A stretch of 30,185 bases of DNA, from contig CBCOSG010000005.1 in the NCBI GenBank assembly GCA_965112735.1, positions 1 to 30,185 of the forward strand. The letters are read 5' to 3'. Of this stretch, positions 21,137-30,185 are shown piece by piece. The first letter of the stretch is position 1, and each line of letters starts with the position of its first letter. Source of the stretch: Phaeosaccion multiseriatum. Lineage: Eukaryota > Protista > Ochrophyta, other classes. The notes beneath the pieces were generated by a model. The model was not told the DNA's origin. It was given only the letters and a program-made list of their open reading frames with translations, and did not search any database. The position numbers and the translations under genes are program-made.

Positions 21137-21937
21137 CTAGTTAATGAGATTAATTAATAAATTAGTTAATTCTATTATATCAACAGAGAAAGAGTTTTCT
21201 AGAGCGTCTTTTCGCATCTCAATTTCCTCCTTAAGAGTATAAATAAGATTTTCTTGTTCAGTAATAGTTTTAAAGAGATTTTTAATTACTATTGTTTGCC
21301 CTTCACTTTCTTTAATTTGTTCTTCAATTATTGAAATTTTCTCTTCAAGTATTGAATCAGTTGATAAAGCAGTTATTTTTATGTAAATCAGTAGTCCTAC
21401 TACTATTAAAAAAAAGAACCATACAATTTGTAGAGTGAATTCCTCACGTCGAGTAAGTTCGGTTTGTTGCCTAAAATAGGCCCTTACGTTTCGAAGATGA
21501 CGTTTTTCTCGTTTGTTTAATTCTTTGCCCTCTTTTCTCAGAACGCTAAGAAATAGTTTTCTTTGGATAGAAGCTCTTCCTAAATCTTTAAGAACTTCAT
21601 TTTCTCGCTTCTTAAGCTTTTTTCTTTGCTCAGAAAACTGTTTTTGTTGGTTTGAAATAGACAGCTTCTGGTCAGTAATGTCTAGAGTGTCTTTAAAAAT
21701 CTTTTCTTGTTCTTTGATAATTTCTTTTTTAAATTTTAAAAGTGTTGTTATTTGCGTTACAAAAAGTGCATTATAGTCTTGTTTTTTAATCTCTTCTTGA
21801 AGTTTCTTAGTACCCTCAGTTATTTCTCTTAATTTTTTATTCTTTTCTCTTTGTAATTTTATTTTTTCTATAGAAAGAATTAAAGATTTTGAGATTGACC
21901 TGCGTACCCGTCGTAATATCCAACTAATATTTATCAT
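21137..21937 (-). CDS. Orphan 266-aa coiled-coil protein with a single TM helix, in the rbcL-rbcS spacer
   Basis: Uninterrupted 801-nt ORF in very AT-rich DNA, ATG start, same strand as rbcL/rbcS; K/E/Q-rich helices flanking FTLQIVWFFFLIVVGLLIYI. Confidence 0.75.
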   Translation of the reverse strand: MINISWILRRVRRSISKSLILSIEKIKLQREKNKKLREITEGTKKLQEEIKKQDYNALFVTQITTLLKFKKEIIKEQEKIFKDTLDITDQKLSISNQQKQFSEQRKKLKKRENEVLKDLGRASIQRKLFLSVLRKEGKELNKREKRHLRNVRAYFRQQTELTRREEFTLQIVWFFFLIVVGLLIYIKITALSTDSILEEKISIIEEQIKESEGQTIVIKNLFKTITEQENLIYTLKEEIEMRKDALENSFSVDIIELTNLLINLIN

Positions 21938-22115
21938 AGGGCATAATTATATTTTAATTTAATGTTATACTTTATTTATAAATAAAACGAGATACCCTGT
22001 ACCTAAAAATAAATAATGAGTATCTATTTTATAGTATATCATAATGCTATTAATAAAAACTTTAGGTTAATTTTATCCAGTTTTAAGTTGTATTTAACTC
22101 AACTATTTAAAATAA

Positions 22116-23612
<1,497 letters not shown>

Positions 23613-23744
23613 TTACTGTAGATATATTTTTCTTTAAATAATAAGATTAATCAAGCAAGGACAAAATTTAAATTTATCAAAAAATTTTATTATTTTTTGT
23701 GTTTAATCTTTTAAGATACAGTTTATATTGTTACATTTAATTAA

Positions 23745-24362
23745 TTATAATAAACGTGAATAGTATTCAATTACAAAACGTTCATCTACTTGAAAACTGA
23801 AATCTCTTCTTTGGACTAACGAGTCTATTATAGTTCCAGTCAACTTATCTGAGTCGAATTCTAAATGATTCGGTAATCTAGTAAACCTAGGACTAAGCAA
23901 ATTTTTGGTAACAAGATTTTTTGAAGAATTTTTATTTCTAATACTAATTCTGTCATTTAATTTACACTGAAAACTAGGAATATTTAATTTCGAGTCATTA
24001 ACTGCAACATGACAATGGTTTATAAGTTGACGAGCGCCTGGAATAGTCTTCGATAAACCTAATCTGAAAACGACAGTATCTAACCTCATCTCTAATATTT
24101 GCATAAGTAAAAAACCAGTATTATCAGGACGCTTTCTAGCTTCTTTAATGTATGATAATAATTTTTTTTCCGTTATTCCATAATTATAGCGAAGTTTTTG
24201 CTTTTCGTATAAGCGGACTCTGTATGCTGAAGGTTGACTTTTTTTTTTAAAGCCTTTTGAATTTTTGTCAAGACCAAATCTTTCATTTTTTTTTACAGTC
24301 AGTCCTGGTAAATGTCCCAGTCTTCGAGTAACTTTTAGTTTTGGACCTCTATATCTAGCCAT
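23745..24362 (-). CDS. rps4: 30S ribosomal protein S4
   Basis: MARYRGPKLKVTRRLG.LPGLT, EKQKLRYNYG, LEMRLD, IEYYSR. Confidence 0.98.
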   Translation of the reverse strand: MARYRGPKLKVTRRLGHLPGLTVKKNERFGLDKNSKGFKKKSQPSAYRVRLYEKQKLRYNYGITEKKLLSYIKEARKRPDNTGFLLMQILEMRLDTVVFRLGLSKTIPGARQLINHCHVAVNDSKLNIPSFQCKLNDRISIRNKNSSKNLVTKNLLSPRFTRLPNHLEFDSDKLTGTIIDSLVQRRDFSFQVDERFVIEYYSRLL

Positions 24363-24463
24363 AGTAATAAAAAGAGTGTAATGTTGATAATTATAGTTAA
24401 TAACCTTAAATGAAATCAGAATAATAAAAATAATAAAGTATTTTTAGCTTTTACCACTTTTAC

Positions 24464-24537
24464 TGAGCTAGAAGGGATTCGAACCCCTGACACCGTAGTT
24501 CGTAGCCACGTGCTCTAGTCCACTGAGCTACAAGCCC
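24464..24537 (-). tRNA. trnR: tRNA-Arg(ACG)
   Basis: GGGCTTG-TAGCTCAGTGGACTAGAGC-A-CGTGG-CT-ACG-AA-CTACG...GGTTCGAATCC. Confidence 0.96.
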
Positions 24538-24727
24538 TAGTAATGGTGACGGGGCAACTGAACTACATGTATTTTATAAAGACTATTAAGGTACAAAACA
24601 AGACAGACTAGATCCTACTACAATTTAACTTGATTTGTCAAGACCAGACAAAAAATGTGATATTTCTGTTTAATTTATTGACAGCAAATATATATTGAAG
24701 ATATGTTAAGTAAGTATACCCACCGGT

Positions 24728-24801
24728 GGGATTGTAGTTCAATTGGTTAGAGCACCGCCCTGTCACGGCGGAAGTTGCGGGTTCGAGTCCCGTCAATCCC
24801 G
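24728..24801 (+). tRNA. trnD: tRNA-Asp(GUC)
   Basis: GGGATTG-TAGTTCAATTGGTTAGAGC-A-CCGCC-CT-GTC-AC-GGCGG...GGTTCGAGTCC..CAATCCC-G. Confidence 0.97.
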
Positions 24802-24808
24802 TTAATAC

Positions 24809-26386
24809 CTAATTATCAACAACTATACATTCAGTTGTTAAGATCATTCCTGCTATGGAAGATGCATTCTGTAAAGCAGAGCGACAGACTTTAGCTGGAT
24901 CAATAATCCCAAAATCGAACATGTTTCCAAATTGGTTTAAAGCCGCGTTATAACCAAAAGAAAATTCTTTTTCTTGGACAGTTTCAACTATAACGAACCC
25001 ATTCTTTCCTGTATTTTCTGCAATACGTTTTAATGGCTGAATAATTGCTGAAACCATAATAAGTGCACCCACTAGTTCATCTTTGACTAAATTTGTTTTT
25101 GCCCATGCTAGTAAAGAAGTCGATAAATGGACTAACATCGTACCACCCCCAGGAACAATACCCTCTTCTACGGCAGCACGGGTTGCGTTGATGGCATCTT
25201 CTAAACGTAATTTTTTATCTTTCATTTCTGTTTCAGTTACTGCCCCAACTTTGATTAGTGCTATTCCACCTGATAATTTAGCAATCCGATCTTGGAATTT
25301 TTCCTTATCATAAACTGAATCACTAATAGCCATTTGTTTTCGTAATTGTTCGCAACGGGCTTGAATATTTTGACTGTTAACATCTGATACTAAAATTGTA
25401 TTTTCTTTATTTATAATAACTCGACGAGCTGTTCCAAGCCATTCTAATTTAATATTATCTAATTTTAGACCTGTTTCTTCAGTTATTAACGTACCTCCTG
25501 TTAGAATAGCAATATCTTCCATCATTGCTTTTCTAAAATCTCCAAAACCAGGAGCCCTTATTGCCACGACATTCATAATCCCCCTTAATTTATTTAAAAC
25601 TAATGTAGCTAAAGCTTCTTTTTCAATATCTTCAGCAATAATTAATAATGGTCTTTTAGTAGCCGCTACTTTTTCTAATACAGGGATTAAATCTTGTTGA
25701 ACAAGCTTAATCCGTTTATCTGTAACTAAAATATAAGGATTGTCGTATTCTACTTCCATACGTTCCGTATTTGTTATAAAATATGGCGATATAAAACCTT
25801 TATCTAACCTCATACCTTCAGTTATTTCTAATTCAGTAGATACTTTAGTTCCTTCTTCTAAGGAAATGATTCCATCACGGCCTACTTTTTTTAGTGCATC
25901 AGCAATCATTATTCCAACTTCTAAATTATTACCAGCTGAAATACTTGCAACTTGAGAAATTGATTCGCTATTTTCAATCGGTCGAGCATATTCTAAAATT
26001 TGCTCTGTAAGATATTTTGTGGCTTTTTGAATCCCAATTTTTAAAGAAATCGGATTTGCACCGGCAGCCACATTTTTCATTCCTTGTTTTACAATAGCAT
26101 AAGCTAATACTGTAGCTGTTGTGGTGCCATCACCAGCTACATCATTTGTTTTTAACGCAGCTTGCCGCAATAATGAAACGCCTGTATTTTCAACATTATC
26201 TTTAAGTTTGACTTCCTTTGCAATACTGACCCCATCATTAATAATCTGCGGTGATCCAAGTCTTTTATCTAACACAACATTACGACCTTTTGGACCTAAA
26301 GTAACGGAAACTGCTTCAGTCATAATTTCCATACCTCGTTCTAAAGTTCGTCTTGCGTCTTCTTGATATAATATTCTTTTACTCAT
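24809..26386 (-). CDS. groEL: Chaperonin 60
   Basis: [34 protein letters not shown]. Confidence 0.99.
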   Translation of the reverse strand: MSKRILYQEDARRTLERGMEIMTEAVSVTLGPKGRNVVLDKRLGSPQIINDGVSIAKEVKLKDNVENTGVSLLRQAALKTNDVAGDGTTTATVLAYAIVKQGMKNVAAGANPISLKIGIQKATKYLTEQILEYARPIENSESISQVASISAGNNLEVGIMIADALKKVGRDGIISLEEGTKVSTELEITEGMRLDKGFISPYFITNTERMEVEYDNPYILVTDKRIKLVQQDLIPVLEKVAATKRPLLIIAEDIEKEALATLVLNKLRGIMNVVAIRAPGFGDFRKAMMEDIAILTGGTLITEETGLKLDNIKLEWLGTARRVIINKENTILVSDVNSQNIQARCEQLRKQMAISDSVYDKEKFQDRIAKLSGGIALIKVGAVTETEMKDKKLRLEDAINATRAAVEEGIVPGGGTMLVHLSTSLLAWAKTNLVKDELVGALIMVSAIIQPLKRIAENTGKNGFVIVETVQEKEFSFGYNAALNQFGNMFDFGIIDPAKVCRSALQNASSIAGMILTTECIVVDN

Positions 26387-26618
26387 TTTTTTATTACTAG
26401 TATTTATCTCAATAGTGTAAGCTACTAGTATTATATCTTATAAAAATTAGAAAATTAAAAATTTTAACTTCCTAGTTATATAAAACAATTTTAAAAATGT
26501 GAATTACCCCACTATACATAAGCTAATAATTTATTATATAATAATGTTTAAGTAGGTCTATTTAAAATATCAAAAAATTCATCTATATTAATAAATTAGG
26601 AGTACCTAAATTTAAAAA

Positions 26619-26644
26619 ATTATTATTATTATTATTATTATTAT
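26619..26644. repeat. (ATT)n microsatellite in the groEL-dnaK spacer
   Basis: About 8 ATT units. Confidence 0.7.
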
Positions 26645-26724
26645 AAAAAATAAAAATACATGTTGAATGTTAGTATTAATGCCATTTATAGGCTGTTAAT
26701 TATATATTATATAAAAAAAATACA

Positions 26725-28572
26725 ATGACTGAAAATACAGCATCAAAAAAAATTGATAAAGTTGTCGGAATTGATTTAGGCACTACAAATTCTGTAATTG
26801 CAGTTTTAGAAGGGGGCTTACCTAATGTAGTTCCGAATACAGAAGGCTTAAGAACTACACCATCAATTGTAGCTTATACAAAAAAACGTGAATTATTAGT
26901 TGGGCAAATTGCAAAACGACAAGCAGTTATAAATCCTGAAAATACATTTTATTCTATTAAACGTTTTATTGGTTCAAAATTTGATGAAATTAAAAATGAT
27001 TCTTTTCAAGTACCTTATGAACTTAAAGCTGATGCTAAAGGAAATATTAAATTAGTTTGTTCAACTCTTGAAAAAGAATTTAGTCCAGAAGAAATTTCTG
27101 CTCAAGTTTTAAGAAAATTAACTTCAGATGCAGAACTTTATTTACAAAAATCTATTAATAAAGCTGTCATTACAGTGCCAGCTTATTTTAATGACTCACA
27201 GCGTCAAGCTACAAAAGATGCTGGTAATATAGCAGGTCTTGAAGTTTTAAGAATTATTAATGAACCTACTGCAGCCTCATTAGCCTACGGTTTAGATAAA
27301 AAAGATAATGAAACAGTTCTAGTTTTTGATTTAGGTGGAGGAACCTTTGATGTTTCCATACTAGAAGTAGGCGAAGGAGTTTTTGAAGTACTTGCAACAT
27401 CTGGGGATACACATTTAGGCGGAGACGATTTTGATGCAGCAATTGTAAAATTTTTATTAGAAGATTTCAAATCCAAAGAAGGGATCGATTTAGCAAAAGA
27501 ACCCCAAGCATTGCAAAGATTAACTGAAGCCGCTGAAAAAGCAAAAATGGAACTTTCTACTGTTTTTGAAACTTCGATCCATTTACCTTTTATTACGGGA
27601 GACCAAAATGGTCCGAAACATATAGAAACAACATTAACAAGAGATCAATTTGAATCTTTATGTAAGGAACTTATACTGAAATGTAGAGTTCCTGTTGAAA
27701 GTGCTATAAAAGATGCAAAAATTAATAAAAATGAAATTGATGAAGTAGTTATGGTTGGGGGTTCTACCAGAATTCCTGCTATTGAAAATCTTGTCAAAGA
27801 ATTATCTGGAAAAACTCCTAACCAGACGGTTAACCCTGATGAAGTGGTCGCACTCGGTGCTGCGGTTCAAGGAGCAGTATTAGCTGGTGAAATAACTGAC
27901 TTACTTTTATTGGATGTAACACCTTTAGCTTTGGGTGTTGATACCGTCGGCGGTCTTATGAGTAAAATTATTCCACGTAATACCACAATACCGACAAAGA
28001 AAACAGAAGGATACTCAACTGCTGCTGATAACCAAACTAGTGTTCAAATTAAAGTATTTCAAGGGGAGCGGGACTTTACAGAATATAATCGATGTTTAGG
28101 AGAATTTGATTTAGGAGGACTTGAACCTGCTCCACGAGGAGTTCCTCAAGTAGAAGTTACTTTTGATATTGATGTCGATGGTATTTTATCAGTTAAAGCA
28201 AAAGAAAAAACAACACAGAAAGAACAAGCAATAACAATAACCAATTCTACAAGGTTAGACAAAGAAGATATTGATCGTATGATTAAAGATGCAGAAGCTT
28301 CAGCAGAAGCCGATAAACTTGAAAAAAGAAAAATAGAATTATTAAATCAAGGAAATTCATTAAAAGACAAAGCTCAAACACAAATTGATAATCTGAACAG
28401 TATAGATAAAGAAAATAATTCCGAACTTATAGAAAAAATAAAAAAAGCTGTTGAAGAATTAAGTCAATCAATTAGTAATAAAGATATTGATTTATTAGAG
28501 AATCAAATAAAAACATTGGAAGGATTATCATTTGAACTTAATTCAATTTTAAATACAAATAATAAAACATAA
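26725..28572 (+). CDS. dnaK: Hsp70 chaperone DnaK
   Basis: [40 protein letters not shown]. Confidence 0.99.
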   Translation: MTENTASKKIDKVVGIDLGTTNSVIAVLEGGLPNVVPNTEGLRTTPSIVAYTKKRELLVGQIAKRQAVINPENTFYSIKRFIGSKFDEIKNDSFQVPYELKADAKGNIKLVCSTLEKEFSPEEISAQVLRKLTSDAELYLQKSINKAVITVPAYFNDSQRQATKDAGNIAGLEVLRIINEPTAASLAYGLDKKDNETVLVFDLGGGTFDVSILEVGEGVFEVLATSGDTHLGGDDFDAAIVKFLLEDFKSKEGIDLAKEPQALQRLTEAAEKAKMELSTVFETSIHLPFITGDQNGPKHIETTLTRDQFESLCKELILKCRVPVESAIKDAKINKNEIDEVVMVGGSTRIPAIENLVKELSGKTPNQTVNPDEVVALGAAVQGAVLAGEITDLLLLDVTPLALGVDTVGGLMSKIIPRNTTIPTKKTEGYSTAADNQTSVQIKVFQGERDFTEYNRCLGEFDLGGLEPAPRGVPQVEVTFDIDVDGILSVKAKEKTTQKEQAITITNSTRLDKEDIDRMIKDAEASAEADKLEKRKIELLNQGNSLKDKAQTQIDNLNSIDKENNSELIEKIKKAVEELSQSISNKDIDLLENQIKTLEGLSFELNSILNTNNKT

Positions 28573-29725
28573 TGACAACACTTATTTTTATTGCATTCGC
28601 AATAATTATTAATTTTTATACTCCAGAAATTAGATAGAGAACCAATCGAGACGGAAGAGTATACAAAAAATAGAGACGTAAAAGGTTTTCCTTATGAATA
28701 TTATAAAGATGAAGTTTTAACATATGAAATGTTAGAATTTCGTATCCGAGCAATGTATACATATTTTATGATGTATATTACCGGTATTTTTTCTGGCAGT
28801 TCGATGCTGAGTCAAGTAGTATTCACACCACCAACCTCGGTGGAAAAATTGATTCCGAATCAACTCGATTCTCAAATCAAGCAAGAAGAATTACTACTAA
28901 CCACACGGAGAGGTGCCATTAATCTTGAGACGTTTAAATTTCTGATTGAATTATATCTGGCATTGACAAGCCTCAAAAAATTCAGAAGGATTTCAGTCCT
29001 CAAGACCCCCAGGACAACACTTTAACTTTGGCCATCCAGGTCAAAGAATGCAACCAAACACACGGGTTGCAGTAAGATCAAATGAGAACCCCATTAATAG
29101 AAATAATGGGGGACCAGGGAATTGCCGGTCACAGAATGTTCCTAATCCTTCTATCCAGGAATTAGCAAACTCTATGAGTCCGGCCCATCGAGAATTTAAG
29201 AAGAAATTTCTCCCGGAACCGGCCCCAGAACGGTATGATACGAGAGAAGTTGCCCCTCCAGTATTTAAAGGATTGGCAACAAATACGAAAACCGGGAAAT
29301 CTGGAAAGACTTCCATGGAGGAGGCTTTAACAATAATTGAAGCCGAATCCAAAAATATGGCTATAGAACCAATTCGGCCGACTAAAGAAGAAATAAAATC
29401 AGTGGATTTAGACTTTAAAGTCCAAGGGCCAGCCCCGTTTACCTATACTGATGTAAAAACTCCGGTAGGATCGGAGATTTTACAGAAACAAGGGCAAACG
29501 GACAATCTAGAGACCGTAAGTTATAGACTCGGTCAAAATATTGTTAAGCAGAAAAGGAAGTTCATTGGTAAAGCCGATGATCTGCTGAGTGAAAAAAATG
29601 TTGGGCATATAGTAGATTTATACTACGTGCCCATTAATGAAAAATCATTCGTTAAAAATAAGATATTAGAAGGTGCCCGAGATGAGGGCAGTGATTCTGG
29701 AATCTCATTTTTAAATGAGAAATAA
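28572..29725 (+). pseudogene. Frameshifted ~383-aa foreign gene: hydrophobic N-terminus, low-complexity linker, PD-(D/E)XK-like C-terminal domain (putative toxin). Joins track ORFs 28729-29025 and 29048-29725
   Basis: ATG overlaps the dnaK stop (TAATG). Removing one T from T5 (28613-28617) and one A from A6 (28975-28980) gives one continuous frame. Motif EEA...DLDFKV...TDVKTP...HIVDL. Confidence 0.6.
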
Positions 29726-29754
29726 ATTATTTATTTTATGTAATACTAAGGTAA

Positions 29755-30168
29755 ATGGAAAAAAATAAACCACATATACTGGTTCAAAATCAATATTTTC
29801 TAAATGAATCGAGCTTAGAAGAGTATATTGCATGGGGTGCTTTGCCTAGAATCTCTTTCGTAGGTTGTCATTTTGAAAACGTTGATTTAATGGGACTAGT
29901 TTTTGGATCTTGTCGTTTTCAAAATTGCACATTTAACCATTTTAACGCTAGGAAAGGTAAGTTTTCAGCTTGTTATTTGGAAGATTGCAAAATGACTAAT
30001 TCGGATATGACAAGAACAGAATTTTACGATACCTATCTTAAAAACTGTGAGTTTTTAGGTGTTGATTTAGCAGCAAGTGATTTTGATAAATGCAAATTTA
30101 AGGGAACAAGGTTTTTAAAATGTAATTTGTATGTAATACTAATTGACGACGTCAAAATTTGGAACTAA
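29755..30168 (+). CDS. Pentapeptide-repeat protein (137 aa, possibly 3'-truncated); candidate immunity/partner protein
   Basis: Regular 5-residue periodicity CHFEN-VDLMG-LVFGS-CRFQN-CTFNH...CEFLG-VDLAA-SDFDK-CKFKG-TRFLK; AAGGT just upstream of the ATG. Confidence 0.85.
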   Translation: MEKNKPHILVQNQYFLNESSLEEYIAWGALPRISFVGCHFENVDLMGLVFGSCRFQNCTFNHFNARKGKFSACYLEDCKMTNSDMTRTEFYDTYLKNCEFLGVDLAASDFDKCKFKGTRFLKCNLYVILIDDVKIWN

Positions 30169-30185
30169 AAGTAATTTGTATGTAA
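30122..30185 (+). repeat. Direct repeat gtaatttgtatgtaa (30122-30136 and 30171-30185), 49-nt period, cut by the window end
   Basis: Exact 15-nt match, both copies preceded by an A4 run. Confidence 0.75.

Noticed and set aside
20880-21776. Plus-strand ORFs 20880-21113 and 21513-21776
   Set aside because: Antisense to rbcS/spacer and to the 266-aa ORF.
26387-26724. CIRCE heat-shock operator between groEL and dnaK
   Set aside because: No TTAGCACTC-N9-GAGTGCTAA match; only short AT-rich palindromes.
25083-27476. ORFs 25083-25313, 25740-25955, 26121-26366 and 27285-27476
   Set aside because: Antisense shadows of groEL and dnaK.
29041-29352. 103-aa minus-strand ORF
   Set aside because: Antisense to the longer plus-strand gene that carries the motif-bearing domain.

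Overview
AT-rich segment of a red-lineage (ochrophyte) plastid genome. Form ID rbcL/rbcS and the set rps1, syfB, rpl9, thiS, acpP, psbZ, ycf41, ycf66 and intein-containing dnaB suggest a xanthophyte/phaeophyte-like lineage (inference). Most of the window is standard plastid genes: atpD(partial)-F-G-H-I, petJ, psbV, ycf66, psbX, dnaB, rpl9, psb28, syfB, rps1, thiS, trnH, psaA, psaB, rps14, petG, psbK, psbZ, ycf41, psaL, acpP, trnC, rbcS, rbcL, rps4, trnR, trnD, groEL, dnaK. Three non-standard inserts stand out. (1) Directly after dnaK is a frameshifted ~383-aa gene with a hydrophobic N-terminus, a low-complexity linker and a PD-(D/E)XK-like C-terminal domain, followed by a small pentapeptide-repeat gene. 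The pair resembles a polymorphic toxin-immunity cassette inside a plastid genome. (2) A ~1.5-kb decayed gene missed by the ORF track lies 3' of trnC and carries Rep_trans-type rolling-circle initiator motifs, i.e. a relic of an integrated plasmid. (3) An intact 266-aa coiled-coil, single-TM orphan ORF sits between rbcL and rbcS. Also noted: a 138-aa DnaB mini-intein, a homopolymer frameshift in psaL, and an AtpD with a large insertion. All family assignments are by eye from motifs; no searches were run.
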